Of a stretch of DNA of 37,525 nucleotides, positions 7,877 through 16,856 are shown piece by piece. Source of the stretch: a virus. Lineage: Duplodnaviria > Caudoviricetes. Positions within the stretch are counted from its first letter, which is position 1. Every line of letters starts with the position of its first letter. The stretch spans positions 1 to 37,525 of IMG/VR virus record IMGVR_UViG_3300017913_002411; one strand, 5' to 3'. A model generated the notes under the pieces. It was not told where the DNA came from, ran no database searches, and saw only the letters and a program-made list of their open reading frames with translations. The position numbers and the translations under genes were made by a program.

Positions 7877-9646
7877 TTAAACTGTGCCAACTACTTCTTC
7901 AAAGTCAACACCGGAGCGAACAGCTACAAAATTAAGCGTGATGTAGTTGATCGAGCGGGCTGGTTTGATGAAGATATTAGCGATGAACTCGTTGCGGTCA
8001 ACGACTGCAGGAGTGTTGTTTGTTTCATCACAGACTACACGGAAGTCAGTGATACCACGCCGACCTTTTACTTCCCGAAGGACAGGCTCGACGATGTTAA
8101 CAAACTCTGCTCTTGTAAATTCGTCGTTGAATTCGAAGAGTGCTTGCTCAGCTGCTCTACCAATCGCACGCTCTAGTACCAAGAACAAGCGACGTACGTT
8201 GATACGATCGAATGCTGATGGACGACCAAGTTTTGTCTTATCACCGAAGAGCAATGAGCCTTGACCTGGAATGTTTGCGACTGGGTTTACACCTGCTTTA
8301 TACAGTGTATCTCTCTGACCCTTTGTTGGGGTCCAGCTCAATGCAGTAATACCGAGGTATTGACCACGACGTGAGCCTGCTGGAGAGAACCATGGTGCAC
8401 GATTGATATCGGTAGCAGCCATGATACCTGCAGTAGATGAAGCAGCTGGGATTTGAATGTATTGATCGTTAAACTTATCATACACCTTTAGGAAGTTTCC
8501 ATCCATAACGAGGTATGATGAGTTAGTGAATCCGTTTGCTGTATCAACGATATTATCTGTAATCGTTGAAGCATTAGTTAGATTCACAACGTCGTCACGT
8601 GCTGGTGATGCAGTTACAACACAGTCTTTACGGAGTGACTGAGCTGTAGTGATCAAGTCGTTTACGACTGTTTGTTGATCTGTTGAATTTTGCATTGATG
8701 GTGAAATCAAGAAGTCAACTTCTACGATATCACGATCTTCGTATAAGTCATATCCGTTTAGGAACTCTGAAGTACCTAGAGCGCCAGAGTTTACACCGCT
8801 ATCGAAGTCATGAGTCTTAATCGCTCTTTCGGCTGCGCGTAGGATGTAATCATCTCCTGAGTCAAGCACTTGACCAGCTTGTTCACCTGGTGCATTCAGA
8901 TAATCTGAATCGTGGTTAACCATATAGATGTAATCTGAACGAGCATTGATTACGTCGATGACGTAGTTAGTGCTACCATCAGCTAGTTTGGCGTCTGGTG
9001 CTACAGAAACGAACGGATATGTTTCGAGGATTTCCCCTTTTGTACCTGTCAGCTTACCATTACGATCAATCACAACTGCGTGTAATTCATCGTTATCAGC
9101 GTTGCGATCGCTCGCATATGTTGATGTTTGTGGTGCTGCGTCGAATTCGTCTTTGTATGCCCAGTTTGTAAAGATATTAGAGTTTGCTGAGTCAGCAGGA
9201 CAAATTTGAACTTCAAGGCTATTACCTAATTCACCAGCAAACTTAGCGATGAATGTATGACCTGTGTTGTTCAATGAGCTGTACTGAGAAGTAAACTCGT
9301 CTTCGTTCTTTACGATTGGTGCATTAGCACTATCAGTCGCAGACTGTAGTGTCAATGAATAGGCATTTTTAGCAGCGTTTGTGGCTTCTCTCGTTACGAA
9401 AGCAGAGCTTGAATAACGGAGGAAGTAATTAGCTGAATGCCAATCGATGGTGTTATCAGAGTCTGGAGTAGCAAACGTATTCACTAGTTCGGCTTCGTTT
9501 GCAATAGCTACTCGCTCTCCGATAGGACCCCATCTAAAGTTGCCAACAATTGCGCCAGTAGTTGACTGTACGTTAGGAACGCCACCAGTCAGATCTATCT
9601 CTTTGACGACAACCGCTGGACTTGCAGACGGTGTTGAGAGTGCCAT
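7877..9646 (-). CDS. gp18: Contractile tail sheath protein
   Basis: SP.V.VKEIDLT, G.F.WGP, PWFSPAG..RG, GDKT....SAFDRINVRRLF, FEFNDEFTR, IKPARSINYITLNFVA. Confidence 0.97.
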   Translation of the reverse strand: MALSTPSASPAVVVKEIDLTGGVPNVQSTTGAIVGNFRWGPIGERVAIANEAELVNTFATPDSDNTIDWHSANYFLRYSSSAFVTREATNAAKNAYSLTLQSATDSANAPIVKNEDEFTSQYSSLNNTGHTFIAKFAGELGNSLEVQICPADSANSNIFTNWAYKDEFDAAPQTSTYASDRNADNDELHAVVIDRNGKLTGTKGEILETYPFVSVAPDAKLADGSTNYVIDVINARSDYIYMVNHDSDYLNAPGEQAGQVLDSGDDYILRAAERAIKTHDFDSGVNSGALGTSEFLNGYDLYEDRDIVEVDFLISPSMQNSTDQQTVVNDLITTAQSLRKDCVVTASPARDDVVNLTNASTITDNIVDTANGFTNSSYLVMDGNFLKVYDKFNDQYIQIPAASSTAGIMAATDINRAPWFSPAGSRRGQYLGITALSWTPTKGQRDTLYKAGVNPVANIPGQGSLLFGDKTKLGRPSAFDRINVRRLFLVLERAIGRAAEQALFEFNDEFTRAEFVNIVEPVLREVKGRRGITDFRVVCDETNNTPAVVDRNEFIANIFIKPARSINYITLNFVAVRSGVDFEEVVGTV

Positions 9647-9703
9647 TTTATCTTCCTTCTAAAAAAATTATATGTTCCATAATACGACTAGTCAACTTGC
9701 TAT

Positions 9704-9711
9704 TATTTATA
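9704..9711 (-). promoter_or_regulatory. T4-type late promoter TATAAATA upstream of gp18
   Basis: Exact consensus in the gp17-gp18 intergenic region. Confidence 0.85.
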
Positions 9712-9714
9712 CAA

Positions 9715-11322
9715 TTACAAATTTGGATCGTATTCTACAGCCCAACCTTTGGCAAGTCTGTCTTCTTCGGTTTCAATGGCTGTGATCGCATCTGTACCGT
9801 CATCGATGAAACCAAACGGAACGATATCATCTTCTAGTTCTTTAATCCTGTTTTCGAATAGAAGTTTCTTCATGTTAATGTCTGTCATGTCCATAAAGTA
9901 ACTACCAGTCGTAAAGTAACCAAACAAGACGAGGTTCATGACCAAGTCATCGTGGTTACCGTCTGACGCCTCAAACGACTGCCCTTTTGCTTCGAACGTG
10001 GAGATCTCGAGTATCGTGTTCTCATCCACTATCTTCAGTTTATTATTCTCAAGTATGTCTTTGAACGCAGAACAACCTAATCGTTTAGTCTTACGATTGA
10101 TCTCGATGCCAAGAGCATTTGCTTTTGTCAGTGATTCTGCATGCATATTTTCATATTCAAGATCATGCCATAAGCCATTACAAACGAGAGAACCTTGATC
10201 ATTAGACTCAATAACAACATAAGCGTTATTGTAGACTTTCGCATATTTATAGATAATGTTTGGGAAGAGTATTGGAGAGATAGTGTTATTGCGATATACA
10301 GCAACCTGTTCGAAAGGTGAAACGCTAATATCGATCAAATTAAATGTAGAATAATCCTGTCCTCTTCCCTTACTTACATCAACACACATTATGTAATCGT
10401 GATTCTTTTTCGGTTCCTTATAAATGTTGAGTAAACCACCTTCCATCACTCGTTTTGGTGGATTTGCTCTTAAACCCATTAAACACTCAGCGTTAATGAG
10501 TGTATCACCGGTGCCGAAAAATGTATTGCCAAATTCTTGATCGAACTGTAATTGACTGGTATTTGAAATTGTTTGGGCTTTCCAAGCCTCGTCACGACCA
10601 GGAACGTCGTGCCAATCGACTCTAAACGATTGAAACTCGTTTACTCCTTGTACAGCTCCTTCCCAAATTTTATGAAACTGGTTACCAATTCCGTTAGCAG
10701 TCGATGTAATGATGACCTTAGTGTCTTTACCTGCTGATACAACTGGATATGTCGAGGTATAAAATTCTGCAGCCCGTTCAACAAAAGCAAACTCATCGAG
10801 GTACAGAAGATTAACTGACATACCACGAATGCTACTACCGGAAGTAGCAGAAGCGATGATACGGGAATTATTACTGAACTCCAAAGACCCTTTATTGAGT
10901 GCTTTATTACCCGGTTGTAGAAAGAACGGGATGTTCTCAAGCATGAGCGTAATGCGAGATAGCATCTCACGCGCAGTAGCGCCTTTGTTCGCAAGTACTG
11001 CGATCGTCTTTTCAGGATTAAAGAGCGCGAACCAGAGTAGGTAGGCGCAGGCAGAGATTGACTTGCCAGATTGACGACATGCGAGAACGACATTGAAACG
11101 ATTTTCCTGAAAGTGTTCGAACATCCTTTTTTGATAAGGATAAAGTTCAAAGTTTACCAAGCCTTTGTCAAGAGATATAACTTTAACGTACTTCTCGGCG
11201 AAGTATATAGGGTCATGCATACACTTCTTGTATTCTGCGATGAGTTCTGGAGTCCACGATTGTTGAACACCATCCCTTTTAACATTCGGATTCCCTAGAT
11301 AACTTTGTAGTTGGCTCAACAT
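9715..11322 (-). CDS. gp17: Terminase large subunit
   Basis: YLGNPN, adenine-binding LYPYQ, Walker A RQSGKS, Walker B LLYLDEFAF, coupling motif ITSTANG, nuclease VDVSKGRGQDYS and HDDLVM. Confidence 0.97.
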   Translation of the reverse strand: MLSQLQSYLGNPNVKRDGVQQSWTPELIAEYKKCMHDPIYFAEKYVKVISLDKGLVNFELYPYQKRMFEHFQENRFNVVLACRQSGKSISACAYLLWFALFNPEKTIAVLANKGATAREMLSRITLMLENIPFFLQPGNKALNKGSLEFSNNSRIIASATSGSSIRGMSVNLLYLDEFAFVERAAEFYTSTYPVVSAGKDTKVIITSTANGIGNQFHKIWEGAVQGVNEFQSFRVDWHDVPGRDEAWKAQTISNTSQLQFDQEFGNTFFGTGDTLINAECLMGLRANPPKRVMEGGLLNIYKEPKKNHDYIMCVDVSKGRGQDYSTFNLIDISVSPFEQVAVYRNNTISPILFPNIIYKYAKVYNNAYVVIESNDQGSLVCNGLWHDLEYENMHAESLTKANALGIEINRKTKRLGCSAFKDILENNKLKIVDENTILEISTFEAKGQSFEASDGNHDDLVMNLVLFGYFTTGSYFMDMTDINMKKLLFENRIKELEDDIVPFGFIDDGTDAITAIETEEDRLAKGWAVEYDPNL

Positions 11323-11647
11323 CTATAATATCATCCTCTTTTAGCAACTTTTGTAGATCAGCGGTAGAACTTAAGAACACGTTATTTGTTTGGTTCTCGA
11401 TTTGTTTTGGCTGTTCTTCCATATCTAACTGCTTTTGCTTTTTATTCAAATCCATCAGACGATCATTCACATCAGATACGTTCTTGATCATGCCTGATAA
11501 TACTTCATAGGCACGAGGATGCTCGCTTTCACGAGCAACCTCTATCATCATCTCTAATGCATCTTTGCCTTTTTCGATAAGCTCATAATATGTTTCGCGC
11601 GAATAATCGTAGTCATTCGATACATTATCTTTTTCATTTTTGCTCAT
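11279..11647 (-). CDS. gp16: Terminase small subunit (start revised to MSKNEKD, 122 aa)
   Basis: DYDYSR..Y..LIEKG..AL, A.ESEHPRAYEV, NN.F..ST.DLQK. The ORF-track start at 11728 overlaps the upstream gene, whereas ATG 11647 directly follows its stop. Confidence 0.9.
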   Translation of the reverse strand: MSKNEKDNVSNDYDYSRETYYELIEKGKDALEMMIEVARESEHPRAYEVLSGMIKNVSDVNDRLMDLNKKQKQLDMEEQPKQIENQTNNVFLSSTADLQKLLKEDDIIDVEPTTKLSRESEC

Positions 11648-11648
11648 C

Positions 11649-12914
11649 TTAATGTGCCTTGAATGTTCCTCTACCACTAGTAGGAGGAGAGTATGTAACG
11701 TCTGTGCCAGTCTTAATGGTAAGACCAAACTTCAACTTTGGATATGCTCCAGCACGGCCAGCCTGTCCGGCATATGTATTTGACCAATCTTTTGTGCCAT
11801 CATATGAAACTGATGAATCAGCCCATAGAGGAGACAAGTACATATAGTATGGGTCTTCTGTACCTTCAAGAACCACGCCAGGTCGTAAAGCATCACCTAC
11901 ACCATCAGAATCATCTGCAGGATCAAATGATGAGTGACTTGCTTTCTTGCCAAAATTGTTTGTATCATCTGAATGTGCTTTTGCCCATGTACCATTTACA
12001 CCCCAGAATAATCGATTTTCACCGATTGAATCCGATACTCCATCAATAGCAATCATGATTACATCGCCTGATTGAATCATGTTAGCAGTATCGCCCTTAT
12101 TTTCTACTGAAACATTTGTGCGATAAAGAGTTCCTTGATCAGAACCGTCGAAGGTGATGAGATCTTCGTTATTACCAGTTCTATCGTCACCAGCTTGCAT
12201 AAGTAACTTAGAGGTGACGTCAATAGTAAATGTTCTACCAATACCTGCTAAATCTTGACCTGCGCTTAACCAGTTTTCTGGTGCAATTGTTAATTGTAAT
12301 CCACCAGAAGCATGCCCATGATTTCCGTCTCTTCCGTGTCTACCGACGGTTGCAACAGCTGGTGGAGTATTCAAGCTAGCATCCATCAAAGTTGGTACAC
12401 TATCGACGTGCACCTCAAAATATGTACGCTCATTACCTTTGATAGGCTGAGATACAAGAGCTTCACCACCTACTCCCATTGTACCTGGTGTTGGATAGAA
12501 TCCCCAGTCAAGATAAGATACTCCACCAAACAATGCATCAGAATCGGCATTAGTTCTATCATCTATTCCTCGAGCTGTAAATACATGACGTACTTCGCCA
12601 TCACTATCGATATCATGAATTTGCGGTGCTATGAACTTTGTTGCTGGATATCCAAAAAAGCCGGTACCTGTAGCAGGATCGTTAAAAGTTGTGCCAAGAC
12701 CTATTCCACTTGGATTAAATGTAATTTGTCTCGACAAGCCAGGATATGCTTGTGCTAATAGTTGCAATAGTTGCGTGTTTGTAAAGGTTGTAATATTCTG
12801 AAAATTACCGGTACCTTGCAATCTCGAACTATTTGCTACGATTTGTGAAGCCCAAAATCCTAGTGAAACTGTGACTGGCTTATTAGTGTATTTATCAAAA
12901 AAGCTATACGGCAT
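11649..12914 (-). CDS. Putative virion protein with a SPRY/concanavalin-like domain
   Basis: TYFEVHVD and GDVIMIAIDG...RLFWGVNGTW resemble SPRY beta-sandwich motifs; about 6 DS motifs; inside the late operon. Confidence 0.55.
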   Translation of the reverse strand: MPYSFFDKYTNKPVTVSLGFWASQIVANSSRLQGTGNFQNITTFTNTQLLQLLAQAYPGLSRQITFNPSGIGLGTTFNDPATGTGFFGYPATKFIAPQIHDIDSDGEVRHVFTARGIDDRTNADSDALFGGVSYLDWGFYPTPGTMGVGGEALVSQPIKGNERTYFEVHVDSVPTLMDASLNTPPAVATVGRHGRDGNHGHASGGLQLTIAPENWLSAGQDLAGIGRTFTIDVTSKLLMQAGDDRTGNNEDLITFDGSDQGTLYRTNVSVENKGDTANMIQSGDVIMIAIDGVSDSIGENRLFWGVNGTWAKAHSDDTNNFGKKASHSSFDPADDSDGVGDALRPGVVLEGTEDPYYMYLSPLWADSSVSYDGTKDWSNTYAGQAGRAGAYPKLKFGLTIKTGTDVTYSPPTSGRGTFKAH

Positions 12915-12917
12915 ATC

Positions 12918-13313
12918 TTATCTCCATGTCGTAATGATTAGAGCGTGGCCACTGTCCATACCAGCTGTTGTTGTGATTGTGTTTTTATTTGTCATGGTAA
13001 AATCTCTGTTTTCATCAAGCAAATAGCCATTCAAATAGACCATGATTGTTCCTGAATCAAACAACAAGCTATTACCATAATCATCAGCTCCAGTAAATAC
13101 AGTATCTCCTGAATCTGCTTCGAAAAAATACTTACTCATTTGTAGAGCTCGAGCTTGTACATAATCAGAATCTACTACAGCGGTTGTTGCTGCAGAGTCT
13201 AATGCGTTTACGCCTTCAAGAGTAGTAACTCGACCATCTAGATCGGTGAAGTTGCCGTCTAGTTCACCATGTGTGAGCTCCACTCCTTTCGTGCTTCTTA
13301 ATGTGATCGTCAT
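12918..13313 (-). CDS. Small virion protein: fibre-attachment-type N-terminus plus one copy of the 2497-aa protein's C-terminal repeat
   Basis: MTITLRSTKG.ELTH.ELDGNF N-terminus. YFFEADSGDTVFTGAD...VYLNG.LL closely matches YFFEADQGDTVFSGAD...VYING in the giant fibre. Confidence 0.65.
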   Translation of the reverse strand: MTITLRSTKGVELTHGELDGNFTDLDGRVTTLEGVNALDSAATTAVVDSDYVQARALQMSKYFFEADSGDTVFTGADDYGNSLLFDSGTIMVYLNGYLLDENRDFTMTNKNTITTTAGMDSGHALIITTWR

Positions 13314-13329
13314 GTTTTTCTCCTAAACG

Positions 13330-14139
13330 TTAACTACTATCAACTGAAGGTATTATAGATGTAATGTAACCGTAAGCTCCTGCACTATCGAAGCTTACAC
13401 CTCCACCGTTACCATCTGAATCTGCTCTTGTTCTAAGAGTTTCAACGGATATATCTGAATCATCTAAGCCAGCATCCATGAAGAAGAACTCTGTATTTAC
13501 CTCTGTAATAATAGCAGATTCTCTGTTTACTGGTCCATAATAAGAAAGTTTCATATCAAATGAAAGTGTATAAACGATCGTACGCCTTTGTGCTAACTGA
13601 CCGTCATAATCGTCTGTAAAATCTACACCTGTAATTATAAGTGGTATATCTTCTACGAAATCTTCGAACAAATCAGGAAATGGTTTGATCGTCATAGTAT
13701 ATTGTGGATTAAATGTCGGTAAAACCTGTTCTACTAATTGTAAGCAATCGTCATGAGACTTAGCATAGATATTCAACTGAAAACTAATCGTGTAAGGCAC
13801 TGGTGAATACATCTTTGTACGTTTTAGTGCATTACTCGTTGGTTGACTTAACGAACTCAACTTTGTCAATTGTCTCGTAGTATCATACGTGATACCTGAA
13901 ATCTCAAACGACATACGAGGTAGTTTAATCGCTAGCTTCTCGCCGCCATCTTGTAAGTCAGGATTCTCACGAATTCTCTCTAAATACTTTTCCTTTGGTG
14001 CATATGATAGTGGCACCTTAATCTGATTGATCGTAGCACCTGAACTATTCTGCCTGAGAATATACAAGTTATTGAACAGCCGACCGAATAATGCGACTGC
14101 TTTCCTTGTTTTCTCGTGGTAAAAATAATCACCAAACAT
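13330..14139 (-). CDS. gp15: Tail sheath stabiliser / tail terminator
   Basis: YFYHE..RK.V..FG.LFN, IKVPL.YAPK.K.L.R, LPRMSFE, PVPY...F.L.I, Q.VEQ.LP.F.P, RR.I.YTL.F. Confidence 0.93.
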   Translation of the reverse strand: MFGDYFYHEKTRKAVALFGRLFNNLYILRQNSSGATINQIKVPLSYAPKEKYLERIRENPDLQDGGEKLAIKLPRMSFEISGITYDTTRQLTKLSSLSQPTSNALKRTKMYSPVPYTISFQLNIYAKSHDDCLQLVEQVLPTFNPQYTMTIKPFPDLFEDFVEDIPLIITGVDFTDDYDGQLAQRRTIVYTLSFDMKLSYYGPVNRESAIITEVNTEFFFMDAGLDDSDISVETLRTRADSDGNGGGVSFDSAGAYGYITSIIPSVDSS

Positions 14140-15413
14140 TATTGATCCTCAGGGTCACCAAATGGGTTAGTTTCAGAGAAGTCTAAGAAATCATCAGACT
14201 CATCACTAAACTGATCGTTTTGTTCATTCTTTGAAATGTTATTTAATTCTGTAACACTTTCAACTTGTAGGCCAGTTAATCCTAAGCCTCTTGATCTATT
14301 TATTATACGAGTACCGATACTATCTCCAATTACAAAGTTTCTAAACTTACCATCATCTGCACCAACATGTGTTAGCCTTAATTTGCGGCATGAATCTCCA
14401 TCAGAATCAAGTATGTAATGTGTAACTTCTCCGCGCATTACAGTACCAGAAGGATGAGATTGACTAATGTTATCACCAATACTATAATCGCTATCAATGC
14501 TGCTTGCTGGACCAAATGTGATACCAACATCTTGACTATCTCCATAGCCACAGCCTGAGTCGAGTAAGATTAGTTCCTTGACTTCACCCTTTGCAGAATC
14601 GATTAGCGCTTTTGCTTTTGCTCTTTTATAATCAAAGTGTTCATTGATCAGAGGAGTTGAATCTTCGTATGTATCACCGCTTGACTCTGGTACCCAATTT
14701 GACCATGTGTTATCGTATACGAGTTTATTTTTAGCTATAGTAAATTGAAAATCGTCTATGTTACCAACAAAAGATCTATTAATATCCGAGTCTGTTATGT
14801 ATTGACCATTAACGTTTTCAAGATGTTCGGGTGCTGTATAGCCAGAATCATAGCCAATACGTATGATGTCACCAGAATCAAACATAAAGAAATTAGGATT
14901 CATCACATAAGTGCCTGTATACGCGCTATCTAATCCTATCCGCAAATTACCAGAATTTAATGTAGTTTGATTTGTCTCAACTTTGGCAAAGTGCCACTTA
15001 TTTGCTTGTACAAATAAATTTTGTGTTGTTAGTACTTGAACATTCTCTACTTGTCCCGATTGTCTGTTACTAGAGTCTACAGAAAGTGATATAGAAAGGT
15101 TATTATTATTATTAATGTATACTCTAAAGTCTTCGTGCCAAGCCAGTGTACAAGGTTTTAATGAGTCTAAGTAAAACCAGAAAGACATCATAGCAAATCG
15201 ACGGAGGCCACCGCCACTATCTGTAATTTCTGTTAAAGTCGTGACATCGTTTGAGTCGTGCTGAAGAGAACCACAGCCGAACTTAAAGTGGCTAGAATCA
15301 ATTACCCCGCCGTATCGACCACTATCATATTCTGGTGGATCAATCGTAACAATTGGCTGCGAAGTATAATACGTACCGCTATCTAAAATCTGTAAACCGT
15401 AAACTTTTCTCAT
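14139..15413 (-). CDS. gp14 C-terminal part fused to a LamG/concanavalin-like insertion
   Basis: Ends in DFLDFSETNPFGDP, the gp14 C-terminal motif of marine T4-like phages. Internal SFWFY...NKWHF...F.GNIDDF is LamG-like. About 19 DS motifs. Confidence 0.7.
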   Translation of the reverse strand: MRKVYGLQILDSGTYYTSQPIVTIDPPEYDSGRYGGVIDSSHFKFGCGSLQHDSNDVTTLTEITDSGGGLRRFAMMSFWFYLDSLKPCTLAWHEDFRVYINNNNNLSISLSVDSSNRQSGQVENVQVLTTQNLFVQANKWHFAKVETNQTTLNSGNLRIGLDSAYTGTYVMNPNFFMFDSGDIIRIGYDSGYTAPEHLENVNGQYITDSDINRSFVGNIDDFQFTIAKNKLVYDNTWSNWVPESSGDTYEDSTPLINEHFDYKRAKAKALIDSAKGEVKELILLDSGCGYGDSQDVGITFGPASSIDSDYSIGDNISQSHPSGTVMRGEVTHYILDSDGDSCRKLRLTHVGADDGKFRNFVIGDSIGTRIINRSRGLGLTGLQVESVTELNNISKNEQNDQFSDESDDFLDFSETNPFGDPEDQ

Positions 15414-16057
15414 GATGTGTATCCGTTATTTACATAACCAGGCTTCACATAGTTTTTCCCAGTTGTTAAAAGCACTTTACCTTTTGCTTGTTTTGGTGCT
15501 TTCAGGCATAGTTCATACTGGTATGTATGATCACGTTCTATATTATCGATATCATCTACACCAGTATCCATGTCTTCGCCAGTATATTCGAACAACTGGC
15601 ACCGTAGTTTATAAGTTGGTATATCTTCGATCTGATAGAAAGGCTGTTCATGCTCTACGTGCATGATTTGGAACATCTTCTTTGTCAGAGGCAAGTATAT
15701 CACATCGCCTTCAACTGGTCTTTCAGTCAATAGTTCGTTATCATATCTCGCTACTTGTGCATCCCAACGTCGACGTGATACCACAAATGTAGCTTCATCT
15801 CTGATCTCTACACCAAACCGTGTAAATAGATCACCCTCTCCATCGAAACCTTCTACGTTTTCAATGTACATCTCGACCTTATAAGCAGAGTTGAAGCTCG
15901 ACTCAGGGTCTGCACCAAAGACAGTATCATAGTTGACAAGATCACGTGGTAAATAGTACACGTCTTGTCCATAGATCTGTAGAGCCTCAATGACGAGGTC
16001 TTCATACAGCTCCATTTCGGATCTGACTTTAGGTGAAAAGTAGAAGTTTCTCGCCAT
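15410..16057 (-). CDS. gp14: Neck protein gp14, N-terminal core
   Basis: LVIEALQIYGQDVYYLPR, EMYIENVEGF.G.GD..TRFG.EIRDE.TF.VSRRRW, RP.EGD.IY.P, VEHEQPFYQ, Y.L.C.LFEY. Confidence 0.92.
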   Translation of the reverse strand: MARNFYFSPKVRSEMELYEDLVIEALQIYGQDVYYLPRDLVNYDTVFGADPESSFNSAYKVEMYIENVEGFDGEGDLFTRFGVEIRDEATFVVSRRRWDAQVARYDNELLTERPVEGDVIYLPLTKKMFQIMHVEHEQPFYQIEDIPTYKLRCQLFEYTGEDMDTGVDDIDNIERDHTYQYELCLKAPKQAKGKVLLTTGKNYVKPGYVNNGYTS

Positions 16058-16058
16058 A

Positions 16059-16811
16059 TTATCCTACCATGAGAGGCGGAGGGAATGAGAAATCTTCGTG
16101 GATCCTTTCTTTCAGTCGCTCTATCTCTGCTGTCGCATCATCATACATTTGTCTACCATTGAACGTCACGCCACCTGGTAGCTGAACGCCTTCAAATTTA
16201 ATTAAGTTTGTACCCCATTGCTGTTTAATCAATTGAGTAGAATATTCTTTTAACCACCAATCATTCCATACTGACGTATTGGTTGTGTCTACTAATTGAT
16301 AAACGTCGAGAACAATATATTCACCAACTTTGAGATCACCGTCTTGGAAATCTCCGTGTATATACAACCTATCTTCGTGACGCGACCATTGAACCTGAGG
16401 TAAACCATTCAATTTCATATCAAGCAATGACAGATACTGCTGCATCTGCTCATAATAAGCGAGGTCACCTGCAAAGTTTTGAAGGTCTGCGATGTCGTTC
16501 AGCATCATCTGATATTTGATATCAAAGAAGTTAGCTGATGATCCAAACGCAGATGAGATGGGAAACATCTTATTGACAAACAAGATGTTCGTTGGTATAG
16601 GGATATATTCGTTTGTTTTATCTGTTTGTGTTATTACGTGTTTATAGAAAGTACGTACAGTCGCATCGAAGTGGTACTCTTGCCAGTATTGCAGAGCTTC
16701 GTCGATGCGATCTTCTATTTGGTCTTCATCGACATTGATCTCGAGAACTGGATCCCCGAGTTTCCTCTTACAATAATCAATGAGATCTTGTCTACTAGCC
16801 GGAACTGCCAT
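16059..16811 (-). CDS. gp13: Neck protein
   Basis: SRQ.LIDYC.R.LG.PVLEINV..DQI.D.ID.ALQ, W.K.Y...LIK.QWG.NL.KF.GVQLPGGV..NG. Confidence 0.94.
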   Translation of the reverse strand: MAVPASRQDLIDYCKRKLGDPVLEINVDEDQIEDRIDEALQYWQEYHFDATVRTFYKHVITQTDKTNEYIPIPTNILFVNKMFPISSAFGSSANFFDIKYQMMLNDIADLQNFAGDLAYYEQMQQYLSLLDMKLNGLPQVQWSRHEDRLYIHGDFQDGDLKVGEYIVLDVYQLVDTTNTSVWNDWWLKEYSTQLIKQQWGTNLIKFEGVQLPGGVTFNGRQMYDDATAEIERLKERIHEDFSFPPPLMVG

Positions 16812-16843
16812 ATATAGTCTCCGATGTTAAAATTATCTGAGAC

Positions 16844-16851
16844 TATTTATA
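16844..16851 (-). promoter_or_regulatory. T4-type late promoter TATAAATA upstream of gp13
   Basis: Exact consensus in an intergenic region. Confidence 0.85.
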
Positions 16852-16856
16852 TGTTT

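Noticed and set aside
11648-11728. ORF-track N-terminal extension of gp16
   Set aside because: It overlaps the upstream gene, and family similarity begins after Met at 11647.
15410-15465. Programmed -1 frameshift at GGGAAAAAC fusing the two gp14 parts
   Set aside because: The -1 frame has a TAA four codons before the downstream ATG, so slippage there cannot give a fusion. The ATGA overlap fits translational coupling.
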